From positions 1,137,083-1,169,082 of the forward strand of contig NC_001263.1 of NCBI RefSeq assembly GCF_000008565.1: 32,000 nt of DNA, in the 5' to 3' direction. The position numbers and the translations under genes are program-made. This DNA comes from Deinococcus radiodurans R1 = ATCC 13939 = DSM 20539. GTDB taxonomy: Bacteria > Deinococcota > Deinococci > Deinococcales > Deinococcaceae. Positions 20,212-31,039 of this stretch are shown here, piece after piece (position 1 is the stretch's first letter; every line of letters begins with the position of its first letter). The notes under the pieces are model-generated. The model did not search any database. It worked only from the letters and a program-made list of their open reading frames with translations, and had not been told where the DNA came from.

Positions 20212-20423
20212 CCGGCGAGGCTAGCGCGGGGGCGGCGCGGGCCGGGGGAGAGGTCTATTCGTGGAGGGCGGAGTCTCGCTCGCCTTCTGGGCTGACCGGG
20301 TCACTGCCGCCCGGAGCGCGGGCCGACCCTCCAGCCTAACACCCGGCCACCCGGACGGCAACTTTTCGCCGTCCTCGCGCGAGTTTTTTGGTTTTTCATG
20401 GACGGCTCCTCTATGCTGGACGC

Positions 20424-20915
20424 ATGGTCAGACTGGAAGAAACGTCCCTGCCCGGCGTGGGGATGCGTTACGACTTCGATGGGCGCTTCGGCAAGCGCGT
20501 GGGCGTGATCGTTCACCGTGACGGGCGGCGCGAGATGTTCGTGTCGCGCGACGACCCCGACGCCTGCGGCCAGAGCATCACGCTCGACGAGGGCGAGGCC
20601 GAAGTGGTGGCCGACCTGCTCGGCGGCAGCACCGTGACGCGGCGGATGGGACAGACGATGCAGGACATCGAGGGGCTGGCTATGGACTGGTTGCCGCTGG
20701 AGCGGGGCAGCCCCTTTGCTGGGCGCGCGCTGGGCGACTCGCAGATGCGCACCCGCACCGGCACCAGCGTGGTCGCCGTGATTCGTAATGAGCAGGCCAT
20801 TCCCGCGCCCGGCCCGGACTACGTGCTCGAAGCGGGCGACACGGTGGTCGTGGTCGGCACCGCAAATGGGGTGCGCCGCGCCGCCCGGCTCCTGAGTAGC
20901 GGGGCCGACTCTTGA
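20424..20915 (+). CDS. KhtT-like regulatory subunit of a CPA2 cation/proton antiporter (TrkA-C/RCK_C domain).
   Basis: MVRLEETSLPGVGMRYDFDGRFGKRVGVIVHRDGRREMF parallels the N-terminus of B. subtilis KhtT. The C-terminal G..L....R..TG..VVAV.R and GD.VVVVG fit RCK_C. Confidence 0.8.
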   Translation: MVRLEETSLPGVGMRYDFDGRFGKRVGVIVHRDGRREMFVSRDDPDACGQSITLDEGEAEVVADLLGGSTVTRRMGQTMQDIEGLAMDWLPLERGSPFAGRALGDSQMRTRTGTSVVAVIRNEQAIPAPGPDYVLEAGDTVVVVGTANGVRRAARLLSSGADS

Positions 20916-20941
20916 GCCCTCCCACGGGAGGCGACTGAGTC

Positions 20942-22093
20942 ATGCTCGGACGCCTCTTTCTCGAACTCGGTACTGTCATCCTCGCCCTCGCGCTGGTAGG
21001 CCGCGCCGCCGGGCGACTGGGGATCACGCCCATTCCGCTCTACCTGATGGCGGGCATCGGCCTGGGCACGTTCATGCACCTGGACGACACCGCCGAGAAA
21101 TTCATTCACACCGGAGCCGAAATCGGCGCCATTTTGCTGCTGTTTATCCTGGGGCTGGAATACACCAGCGACGAACTGCGGACCAACCTCAAGGCCAACC
21201 GGCAAATCGGCTTGATCGACCTCGCGCTCAACTTCACGCCGGGCGTGGTGGCCGGGGCCCTGCTGGGGTTGCCGCCGCTCGCCTGGGTGCTGCTCGGGGG
21301 CATCACGTTCCTGACCTCCAGTGGCATCGCCTCCAAAATCCTGTCGGACCTCGGGCGCCTCGGCAACCGTGAGACGCCGATCATCCTCGCCGTGTGCGTC
21401 ATCGAAGATGTGGTGATGGCCTTTTACCTGCCGGTGGTGGCCGCCCTCCTCATCGGCGGGTCGCTGCTCTCGGTGGGCGTCAACCTCGCGCTGGCGCTCA
21501 CCGCCTTCGGGGTCACGTTTTTCCTCGCCATGCGCTACGGACATGTGCTGAGCCGCGTGCTCAACGTGCCGAGCGACGAAACCCTGCTCCTCGGTGTGCT
21601 GGGGCTGGTGCTGGTGGTGGCAGGCGCCGCCGATCTGCTCAAGGTGAGCGCGGCCATCGGCGCCTTTCTCGTCGGCATCGCGCTCTCGGGCGAGGTCGCG
21701 CATCGGGCGCGGCAGCAGATCGAGCCGCTGCGCGACCTTTTCGCCGCCGTGTTTTTCCTGTTTTTCGGCCTGCAACTCGACCTCGCCGAGGTGCCGGAGG
21801 TGTTGCTGCCCGCCGCCCTGCTCGCCGTGGTCACGTCCATCACCAAGTTCCTGGTCGGCTGGTACGGCGCCCGCCGCGCCGGGGTGCAGAGCCGGGGCCG
21901 CTACCGCGCCGGCACTACCCTGATCGCCCGTGGCGAATTCAGCATCCTGATCGCCGGCCTGGGCCTCGGCCTTGCCCCGGTGCTCGGCCCGCTTGCCGCC
22001 GTCTACGTGCTGCTTACCGCGATCATCGGCCCGGTGCTGGCCCGGTTCGACGCGGCTCTGGCGCCGAAAGTGGCGCGGGTGCTGGGGGGGTAG
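20942..22093 (+). CDS. CPA2-family cation:proton antiporter (KhtU/Kef-like membrane subunit).
   Basis: A 383-aa polytopic membrane protein (about 11-12 hydrophobic segments) with LGLEYTSDELR- and GEFSILIA-type motifs. It starts 26 nt after the regulatory subunit gene. Confidence 0.85.
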   Translation: MLGRLFLELGTVILALALVGRAAGRLGITPIPLYLMAGIGLGTFMHLDDTAEKFIHTGAEIGAILLLFILGLEYTSDELRTNLKANRQIGLIDLALNFTPGVVAGALLGLPPLAWVLLGGITFLTSSGIASKILSDLGRLGNRETPIILAVCVIEDVVMAFYLPVVAALLIGGSLLSVGVNLALALTAFGVTFFLAMRYGHVLSRVLNVPSDETLLLGVLGLVLVVAGAADLLKVSAAIGAFLVGIALSGEVAHRARQQIEPLRDLFAAVFFLFFGLQLDLAEVPEVLLPAALLAVVTSITKFLVGWYGARRAGVQSRGRYRAGTTLIARGEFSILIAGLGLGLAPVLGPLAAVYVLLTAIIGPVLARFDAALAPKVARVLGG

Positions 22094-22116
22094 GAAAAAG
22101 GGAGAGGGTTGGAAGT

Positions 22117-22149
22117 GGAGCGGCGAGGGGTGGCCGCTCCGCTTTTTTT
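22117..22149 (+). terminator. Rho-independent terminator.
   Basis: GGAGCGGC (22117-22124) pairs with GCCGCTCC (22133-22140), followed by GC and T7. It lies 24 nt after the antiporter stop. Confidence 0.75.
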
Positions 22150-22218
22150 GTGAAGGGCTGTTACGCCTATTGGCTGAGATGTTCGGTGGGGTGAGATGTT
22201 CTTGAGTCTGGTCTGGAC

Positions 22219-22292
22219 GCCCCCTCACCCCTTGCCTTCGGCAAGGCCCTCTCTGCTCCGCAGCTCTCCGAGTCCCGCAAGGGGCGAGGGTC
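22219..22292 (+). repeat. Small non-coding hairpin repeat, copy 2.
   Basis: GCCCCCTCACCCCTTGCCTTCGGCAAGGCCCTCTCTGCTCCGCAGCTCTCCGAGTCCCGCAAGGGGCGAGGGTC. The arms CCCTCACCCCTTGC / GCAAGGGGCGAGGG are inverted repeats with one mismatch. Confidence 0.7.
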
Positions 22293-22485
22293 AAGAGATG
22301 CTTCAGCTCTGGCTTTTTTCGCTGCCCCATAAAAAACTGTGAAACGCAGAACGCCAGGGCCGTCGGGCGCGTCAGCGCACGGGCCTCGCGTCTGTAGAAT
22401 TCACCAGCATCCAGGCCAGCCCACGCACTTGTAAAACGCTGACTGGCACATAAAATCACCGCCAGGTGCACAGCGCCAGCGTCAA

Positions 22486-22540
22486 CCCCCCTTGCCCCTC
22501 TGCTTCGCAGCTCTTCGAGTCTGGGGTAAGGGGCTGGGGG
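22486..22540 (+). repeat. Half-size derivative of the same repeat, copy 3.
   Basis: CCCCTTGCCCCTCTGCTTCGCAGCTCTTCGAGTCTGGGGTAAGGGG shares the central CTCTGCTTCGCAGCTCT.CGAGTC block and has its own inverted arms. Confidence 0.5.
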
Positions 22541-22678
22541 ATGGGGCAAAAAGCTAAAGCCCAAGCCCCAACAACCCACCCCCGCCCCCACACGCTATCC
22601 TCCCAAGTCGCCCCCGCCCTCCCCAGGCGGCCCCGGCACGCGGCCCCGGAATCCCTCCGTCAGGCCCGAGGAGAAGTC

Positions 22679-24058
<1,380 letters not shown>

Positions 24059-24064
24059 AGGAAC

Positions 24065-24105
24065 AAAAAAGGGCGCAGAGGCCGAAGCTTCTGCGCCCTT
24101 TTCTT
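24065..24105. terminator. Bidirectional rho-independent terminator.
   Basis: A6, then GGGCGCAGAGGC-CGAA-GCTTCTGCGCCC, then TTTTCTT. It sits between the convergent miaB and crotonase genes. Confidence 0.75.
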
Positions 24106-24112
24106 GTAATTC

Positions 24113-24928
24113 TTACTCTCCCTTAAACTCCGCCGGGCGCTTTTCTAGGAACGCTTTAGTGCCTTCCTTGAAGTCGCTGGTGGCAAAGGCCAGCCCGAAG
24201 AGGTCGGCCTCGATTTCCATCCCCGCTTCGAGGTCGGTGGCGAGGCCCCGCCTGACTGCTTCCTTGACGAGCGAGATGGCGAGCGGCCCATTTTTCACGA
24301 TCTGCTCGGCCACTTCGCGGGCCTTTTGCAGTGGGTCGTCGGCCACGTAGTTGACCAGGCCCATGCTCAGGGCTTCCTCGGCGCCGATCTGCCGGGCGGT
24401 CAGCATCAGGTCCAGGGCGCGGCCCGCCCCGATCAGGCGGGGGAGGCGCTGGGTGCCCGCAAAGCCGGGCAGCAGCCCCAGCGTCACTTCGGGCAGCCCC
24501 ATGCGGGCGCGCGGCGAAGCGATGCGGATATCGCAGCACAGCGCGAGTTCCAACCCGCCGCCGAGTGCGTAGCCGCCTATGGCCGCAATCACCGGAATCG
24601 GCAGGTTGCTGAGCTGCGTCATCGCGTCCTGGCCCAGCAGCGACATGTCGCGCCCAGCGAACGGCCCTTCCAGCCCCGCCAGTTCGCTGATATCGGCCCC
24701 CGCCACGAACGCCTTGTCGCCCGCGCCGGTCACGATCAGGGCGCCCACCTCGGGGTCGTTGGCGATCAGGTCGGCGGCCATTGCCAGCTCGCTGAGGGTG
24801 GTCCCGTTTAGGGCGTTGAGCGCCTTGGGACGGTTCACGGTCAGCACCGCGATGGGGCCATGCTGGTCAATGGTGATGTTCTCGAATTCCATCTCGTCGA
24901 GGCGCAGGTCGTCGTCGCTGTAAGTCAT
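24113..24928 (-). CDS. Enoyl-CoA hydratase/isomerase (crotonase) family.
   Basis: [15 protein letters not shown]...[16 protein letters not shown]...[26 protein letters not shown]. The ATG at 24928 (MTYSDDD) is preferred over the longer track ORF. Confidence 0.85.
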   Translation of the reverse strand: MTYSDDDLRLDEMEFENITIDQHGPIAVLTVNRPKALNALNGTTLSELAMAADLIANDPEVGALIVTGAGDKAFVAGADISELAGLEGPFAGRDMSLLGQDAMTQLSNLPIPVIAAIGGYALGGGLELALCCDIRIASPRARMGLPEVTLGLLPGFAGTQRLPRLIGAGRALDLMLTARQIGAEEALSMGLVNYVADDPLQKAREVAEQIVKNGPLAISLVKEAVRRGLATDLEAGMEIEADLFGLAFATSDFKEGTKAFLEKRPAEFKGE

Positions 24929-25094
24929 ACCTGCATGGTGACATGACTTGGCGGCGGAGGGGAGAGGCTGAGGAAAAAACAGAGAATCAAGAGATGGGCT
25001 GTCCTGAAAAACGCCACCCACAGAGGCTTGTGGATGACGGCTTGCAGGACTGGTTCTGACTGCGGCAGCTTCAGCGCGGCCTCTACCGGGCGAC

Positions 25095-25835
<741 letters not shown>

Positions 25836-25895
25836 GGGGACTCCTGGGGAAAGAAGCGATTTAGAGCATTTGACAGAATGATCTGGTCTGTCTTT

Positions 25896-25968
25896 GCCCC
25901 TCTACCCTCGTGGGACTCGTAGAGCTGCGAAGCAGAGAGGGCCTTGCGAAGCAAGGGGTGAGGGGGTC
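25896..25968 (-). repeat. Small non-coding hairpin repeat, copy 4 (inverted relative to copy 2).
   Basis: In my hand alignment, its reverse complement differs from copy 2 at only about 8 of about 70 positions. Imperfect 16-18 nt inverted flanks lie at 25861-25876 and 25975-25992. Confidence 0.7.
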
Positions 25969-25986
25969 ATTTTTCTGTCCAATGCT

Positions 25987-27333
25987 TTAGAGGGACCGGG
26001 GCCGCAGCAGACGCCCACGCGGGGTGCCCGTGAACTCGCCGTTCTGGTAGACCGGCTGGCCGCGCAGGTAGGTGGCGTGCACCCGGCCCTGGAAGCTCTG
26101 GCCCCGGTAGGGGTTTTGCTGCCAGCGGTCGTAGAGGGTGTCGAGGGTGAATTTCTCGCCCAGAGCAACCAGCGCGAAATCGGCGTCGGCCCCGACCGCC
26201 AACCGGCCTTTTTGCGGCAGGCCGAAGCGCTGCGCCGGATTCAGCGCCAGCAACGCGGCAATGATTTCAAGCGGCAGCCCGCGCTGGGCGTAGCCGTCTT
26301 CCAGCATCACGTTCAGGGTGCTCTGGGCGCCGCTGATGCCGCCCCAGAGAGAGAAAAAGTCCTCGCTGGTCTTCATGTCGGGCGGCGCGGGCGAGTGGTC
26401 ACTGCCCACAGTGTCGATGTGCCCGGCGAGCAACTCGCGCCACAGCTCCTCCTGCACCGCCGGGTCACGCAGTGGGGGCGCACATTTGAGCGCCGCGCCG
26501 ACGCGCTCCACGTCCTCGCCGGTGAAGTGGAGGTAGTGCGGGCAGGTTTCGATGGTTACGTCGATGCCCTTTTGCTTGCCTTCGTAGGCGAGCGCCACCG
26601 CCGCCCCACTGCTCACGTGAACGAGGTGGAGCGCCGCGCCAGTGTCCTGCGCGAACAGCAGCGCCCGCTGCACCGCTTCGAGTTCGGTGACGACCGGGCG
26701 GCTCTCCAGGTAGTCGCGCACGCCGCTTTTGCCCTGGGCGCGGGCGGTTTCGGTCAGGCGGCGGGTAAATTCGTTGCTCTCGGCGTGGGTGGCGACGACG
26801 AGGCCGTGGCGCTTGGCGGTTCGCATCCCCTCGTACAGCGTCAGGTCGTCCGCCGCCGGAAACTCGTCGAGGCCGCTGTGCGACATGAACGCCTTGAGGC
26901 CGATGACGCCGCATTCGGCGAGGTCGTCGAGCTGGTCGAGATTCAGCGGCGTCAGCCCGCCCCACAGCCCGAAGTCGATGAGCGATTTTTCCTCACCCAG
27001 CCGCGCCTTGTCCTCAAAGCGCTCGCGGGTCAGGACCGGCGGCGAGGAATTGAGCGGCATGTCGAGAAAGCTGGTCGCCCCGCCTGCCGCGAGCGCCTGC
27101 GTGCCGGTCTCGAAGCCTTCCCAGTGGGTGCGGCCCGGCTCGTTGAGGTGCACGTGGTCGTCGAGGACGCCGGGAAAGACGTGCAGGCCGCTCACGTCGA
27201 GGGTCTGGGCGGCGGGGGTGGCAATCTCGTCGGTGAGTTCGGCAATCTGCCCGCCCACAATGCCGAGGTCGGCGCGGCGTTCACCTTCCGGGGTCACGAG
27301 GACCGCGCCACGCAGGAGCAGGTCAAGGCTCAT
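25987..27333 (-). CDS. allB: Allantoinase (cyclic amidohydrolase).
   Basis: LLLRGAVLVTPEG...FPGVLDDHVHLNEPGRTHWEGFETGTQALAAGGATSFLDMPLNS. The body is amidohydrolase-like with the metal-binding HxH motif. ATGA overlap with the upstream gene. Confidence 0.85.
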   Translation of the reverse strand: MSLDLLLRGAVLVTPEGERRADLGIVGGQIAELTDEIATPAAQTLDVSGLHVFPGVLDDHVHLNEPGRTHWEGFETGTQALAAGGATSFLDMPLNSSPPVLTRERFEDKARLGEEKSLIDFGLWGGLTPLNLDQLDDLAECGVIGLKAFMSHSGLDEFPAADDLTLYEGMRTAKRHGLVVATHAESNEFTRRLTETARAQGKSGVRDYLESRPVVTELEAVQRALLFAQDTGAALHLVHVSSGAAVALAYEGKQKGIDVTIETCPHYLHFTGEDVERVGAALKCAPPLRDPAVQEELWRELLAGHIDTVGSDHSPAPPDMKTSEDFFSLWGGISGAQSTLNVMLEDGYAQRGLPLEIIAALLALNPAQRFGLPQKGRLAVGADADFALVALGEKFTLDTLYDRWQQNPYRGQSFQGRVHATYLRGQPVYQNGEFTGTPRGRLLRPRSL

Positions 27334-28580
27334 GCCTGCACCTGCTGTTCGGCCTGGGCCGCGAGCAGTTCCAGAAACCGGGTGCCGACCCGCAGCCCGG
27401 CGGCCACGTCCCCCGGCTCGGCCATCTCGTCGGGGTGGTGGCTCAGCGCGTTGGGCGAGCGCAGAAACAGCATGGCAGCGGGCATCTTCTGCGCCATGAT
27501 CTGCGCGTCGTGGCCGGCGCCGCTGACGAGTTCGGGGTGCGTGAGGCCCTGTTCCTCGGCGGCCTGGTGCAGCAGCGCGCGCAGAGACGGCGCCATCGGC
27601 ACAGCGGCTTCGGCCATGCGCGGCGTGACCGAGCAGGCGACCTGCCGGGCGGCGGCTTCCCGCTCGGCGAGCGCGAGCAGTTCCTGAAGCGACTGCGCCC
27701 GCACCGCGTCGTCGGCGTGGCGAATGTCGAGCGAGCAGCTCACCTCGCCGGCAATCACGTTGCCCGCGCCGGGTTTGGCCTCGATCATGCCCACGGTGGC
27801 GACCAGTCCCGGCGTGCGGTTGGCGAGGTCCTCGGCGCCCACGATGAAGCGGGCGGCGGCGGCCAGGGCGTCGCGGCGCAGGTGCATCGGTGTAGTGCCC
27901 GCGTGCGAGGCGCGGCCCGTGAAGTGCAGCGTGAGGCGGCTCTGGCCCACGATGGCGCTCACCACGCCCACCGCTGCGCCCTGGTCTTGAAGGACCGGCC
28001 CCTGCTCGATGTGGATTTCGAGGTAGCCCAGCGGGCGGTCTTCCGCCCCGGCGCCCGGAAGCTCGTCGGGGTTCAGGCCGTAGCCGACGATGGCGTCGCG
28101 CACCGTCTGGTTTTCCCGGTCACTCACCGTCAGCAGCTCGTCCGCCGTGCCCACCAGCGCCCGGCTGCCGATAAACGACACGCCGTAGCGCACGCCTTCT
28201 TCCTCGGAAAAGCCCAGCACTTCGAGGTGAAAGGGCAACTCGCGTTCACGCAGCGCTTCCACCAGCGCGTACCCGAACACCACGCCGATGATGCCGTCGT
28301 AGCGCCCGGCGTTGGGCACGGTGTCGAGGTGCGAGCCGATATACAGCGTCCGTGCACCCGGCGCCCGGCTCTCCAGCCGCGAGCGCAGGTTGCCCACGGC
28401 GTCCACGCGGGTGGTCATGCCCAGGCGGTCGGCCCAGGCGCGCAGCTCCTCGTGGACCTGCCGGGTCGTGGGGCACAGGTAGGTGCGGGTGATTTCGCCG
28501 GGCACTTCGGTGTGGCAGGCGAGGGCGTCGCAGGTGTCGAGCACCTGCCGGGTCAGTTGGGCGGCTTGCGTTTCGTTCAT
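27330..28580 (-). CDS. allC: Allantoate amidohydrolase (M20 family, AllC-like).
   Basis: LYIGSHLDTVPNAGRYDGIIGVVFGYALVEAL...LEVLGFSEEEGVRYG. The ATG at 28580 overlaps the stop of the upstream gene (ATGA). The longer track ORF start is rejected. Confidence 0.8.
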   Translation of the reverse strand: MNETQAAQLTRQVLDTCDALACHTEVPGEITRTYLCPTTRQVHEELRAWADRLGMTTRVDAVGNLRSRLESRAPGARTLYIGSHLDTVPNAGRYDGIIGVVFGYALVEALRERELPFHLEVLGFSEEEGVRYGVSFIGSRALVGTADELLTVSDRENQTVRDAIVGYGLNPDELPGAGAEDRPLGYLEIHIEQGPVLQDQGAAVGVVSAIVGQSRLTLHFTGRASHAGTTPMHLRRDALAAAARFIVGAEDLANRTPGLVATVGMIEAKPGAGNVIAGEVSCSLDIRHADDAVRAQSLQELLALAEREAAARQVACSVTPRMAEAAVPMAPSLRALLHQAAEEQGLTHPELVSGAGHDAQIMAQKMPAAMLFLRSPNALSHHPDEMAEPGDVAAGLRVGTRFLELLAAQAEQQVQA

Positions 28581-29968
28581 TCTGGCTTCTCCGAATCTGA
28601 GGACAGGTGCAGGCGTTGGGCTTCCAGAGGAAAATACGCCGCGCACGCCGGCGCCTCCACCAGATGGTCGAGCAGGCGGCTGGCGGGTTCGTCGTCGCCC
28701 AGCACGGCGCGGCGTTCCTGACGGTAGCGCTCCGGGGTGAGCCGCTCGCCGTCTTCGAGCGCCGCCCGCACCCGCACCCACTGCCACAACTGAGCGCGGG
28801 CAAGCTCAGCAGTGGCGGTGTCCTCGATGCGGCCCGCGCGCACCAGCACGCCCTCGCCCCGGTACCACGCGGCGAACACGCCGAGCGCGATTTCGAGCGC
28901 CTCGCGCACGTCGGCAAGCCGCAGCGGGCCGGGGTCGGGCAGGTCGGTGAGGCGGTGGTAAAGGTCCGCTGGCGTGTCCTTGTTCTCGCTCTGCGCCGGG
29001 GCGTCGAAGCCGCGCCGCACCGGTTCGAGCAGTTCGGGGAGCCCGGCCCACGCCGCCGTGAAGCCCTGCGCCGCCTCGCGCTGCTTATCGGCCAGCACGG
29101 CGCCCAGCGCAGGCTGCGAGTTCTGTGGGTCGGGCGCGAAGGACGCAGTGCCGCCAATCGCCTCGGCGCCGTGAGCCCGGCAGACCCGCACCAGCGTCTC
29201 GGCGTAGGCGCGCATGGCGTCCACGTCCATCGTGAGCTGCGAGCGCGGCGGCATGGGCGTGTCCCGCCGCGTGCCCAGGTGCTTGGTTAGGCTGAACACG
29301 TAGTCCCAGCGCCCGGCGTTTAGGCCGTAGGTGCGCGGCGCGAGCGGCTCAAACACCGCTTCGATATTCAGCAGCCCGCTGAACGTCTCGATTTGCAGGC
29401 AGGTCTTGACCGTGTTGGGGGCGAGACTCAGATGTTCCTCGGCGAGCAGCAGCGCGTCGTGCCAGAACTGCGCCTCGGCGGGCGTTTCCAGCTTGGGCAC
29501 GTAGATGTGAATGGGCCGTTCGGGCCGCGCCGCGAGCACTGCGCTCAGGTCGCACAGCGCGGCGATAGCCGGTCCATCAAAGTCCAGGTGCGGCTCCAGC
29601 GCGTACAGGGCGCGGGTGCGGGCGAGCAGGGGCCGGTCCGACTCGGCCACCCAGGCGAGCGCGTCGGAGGCGGCCTGCACGTTGTCGCGGGTGGGCGAAA
29701 AGGTGTCGTCGAAATCCACCACCACCGCGTCGGCGTCCGAGTCCACCGCCCGGCGCAGCATGTCCAGGTCGGACGCCTCCACAATCAGTTCGGCGCGGCG
29801 CCCTCGCAGGTCGTCCGGAATGGCGGCGGCGCGGGCAGCGGTGAGGACGGAGTTTGCGCGCGCAGGCGGCTCTCCCGGCAGCCCGGCCCAGCGGTCACGC
29901 AGGCGGGTGTGGAGCTGCCGGGCCAGGGCCAGGGCGGCGGGGGACAGGGAGAGCGGGGGCGGGTTCAT
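28577..29968 (-). CDS. Malate-synthase-A-like protein (short, divergent).
   Basis: VVVDFDDTFSPT, IYVPKLETPAEAQFW, TCLQIETFSG, GLNAGRWDYVFS, VLADKQREA and IEDTATAELARAQLWQWV are colinear with the malate synthase A motifs. Confidence 0.7.
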   Translation of the reverse strand: MNPPPLSLSPAALALARQLHTRLRDRWAGLPGEPPARANSVLTAARAAAIPDDLRGRRAELIVEASDLDMLRRAVDSDADAVVVDFDDTFSPTRDNVQAASDALAWVAESDRPLLARTRALYALEPHLDFDGPAIAALCDLSAVLAARPERPIHIYVPKLETPAEAQFWHDALLLAEEHLSLAPNTVKTCLQIETFSGLLNIEAVFEPLAPRTYGLNAGRWDYVFSLTKHLGTRRDTPMPPRSQLTMDVDAMRAYAETLVRVCRAHGAEAIGGTASFAPDPQNSQPALGAVLADKQREAAQGFTAAWAGLPELLEPVRRGFDAPAQSENKDTPADLYHRLTDLPDPGPLRLADVREALEIALGVFAAWYRGEGVLVRAGRIEDTATAELARAQLWQWVRVRAALEDGERLTPERYRQERRAVLGDDEPASRLLDHLVEAPACAAYFPLEAQRLHLSSDSEKPE

Positions 29969-30031
29969 TCGGTCGGCACCTCTGGCGGTCAGGCGGCGGG
30001 AAGGGAGTGAAAATGGGGAGGCGGGTGAGAC

Positions 30032-30835
30032 TCAGCCGCGCCACCCCAGCCGGGCGGAAATCTGCTCGGACGCGGCCTGCACGCGCCCCAGCATGTCGGG
30101 AATGTTCTTTTTGGGAAAGCGCGAGGTCGGCGCCGACACGCTCAGGCTCGCCACCACCTCGCCCGAGGCGGCGCGCACCGGGGTGGCGAGGCAGCGCACG
30201 CCGAGTTCGCGTTCCTCGTCGTCGAGCGCGTAGTCCTGGCCGCGCACGGTGTTCAGTTCGCGCGTCAGAGCGGCGAGCGTGGTAATCGAGTGGGGCGTGT
30301 AGGCGGGAAAAGGGCCGTCGCCCACCTTGCGCCGCACCTCGGCGGGGGGCAGCCACGCGGTCAGCACCTTGCCCACGCCCGAGCAGTGCAGCGGGGCAGC
30401 GGCGCCGATGTGGGTAAACATTCGCATCAACTGACTGGCCTCGACCTGATGCACGTACACCGCCTCGTTGCCGCGCAGCACGGCGAGGTTGGCGGTTTCG
30501 TTCACTTCTTCCACCAGCGCCTGCATGACGGCTCCGGCGGCACTGAGCAGCGAGTTGCGTTCACTGAAGGCCGCGCCGACCTGATAAGCGCGCAGGCCCA
30601 CGCTGAACAGACCCGAGCGCTCCTCCCACTCCACGTAGCCCTGCTGGCGCAGTGTTTCGAGCAGGCGGTAAGTCGTGCTGGCCGACAGCCCCGCCTTCTT
30701 GGCGACCTGCGTCAGCGTGGCCTCGCGCAGTTCGGCAAGCGCCGAGAGGACACTCAGGCCACGTTCGAGCGTGCGGACACTGCCCGCCTCACCGCTGCGG
30801 GCGCGGCCCGACTTGAGTTTGGGCGCCTCGGTCAC
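30032..30835 (-). CDS. IclR-family transcriptional regulator (AllR-like by context).
   Basis: N-terminal wHTH (LERGLSVLSALAELREATLTQVAKKAGLSASTTYRLLETL) followed by an IclR effector domain. GTG start. Confidence 0.85.
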   Translation of the reverse strand: MTEAPKLKSGRARSGEAGSVRTLERGLSVLSALAELREATLTQVAKKAGLSASTTYRLLETLRQQGYVEWEERSGLFSVGLRAYQVGAAFSERNSLLSAAGAVMQALVEEVNETANLAVLRGNEAVYVHQVEASQLMRMFTHIGAAAPLHCSGVGKVLTAWLPPAEVRRKVGDGPFPAYTPHSITTLAALTRELNTVRGQDYALDDEERELGVRCLATPVRAASGEVVASLSVSAPTSRFPKKNIPDMLGRVQAASEQISARLGWRG

Positions 30836-31039
30836 GGCGCCTCAGGCCCGCTGCCCGGCGCGGCGCGGCAGACGAGCACTTGGAATGTCCGTGGGGAGGC
30901 TGGGTCTGGACATGAATAAACTCCTGGCAGAGGAAGGGAGAAAGGCATCCACTGATTTTCAGCCTACAACAATGAAGTTCATGTGGTGAAACTTTGCGCT
31001 GGGTCGAACAGGCTCAGTATGCCCGCTTAAACCAGCCGG

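Noticed and set aside
22219-22540. Possible CRISPR array suggested by repeated GC-rich palindromic units.
   Set aside because: There are only two related units, of different length, not regularly spaced, and with no cas genes. They belong to the dispersed hairpin-repeat family.
22094-22678. Possible sRNA or small protein gene in the 585-bp spacer before miaB.
   Set aside because: I found no recognisable RNA family and no ORF with coding-like composition. The spacer is explained by a terminator, two repeat copies and a promoter-like element.
28581-28787. Upstream extensions of track ORFs: allC to 28787, miaB from 22466, the crotonase to 25021, the coiled-coil gene to 15956 and hemY to 3569.
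   Set aside because: The extensions overlap upstream genes or repeats, have poor composition, and internal ATGs with SD sequences or ATGA coupling fit the conserved N-termini.
30974-30995. Imperfect inverted repeat GAAGTTCAtgtggTGAAACTT as a possible IclR/AllR operator, along with AGAGCATttgacagaATGATCT at 25863-25884.
   Set aside because: The arms are short and mismatched, the two candidates share no common motif, and the second lies in the flank of a repeat element. Evidence is insufficient.
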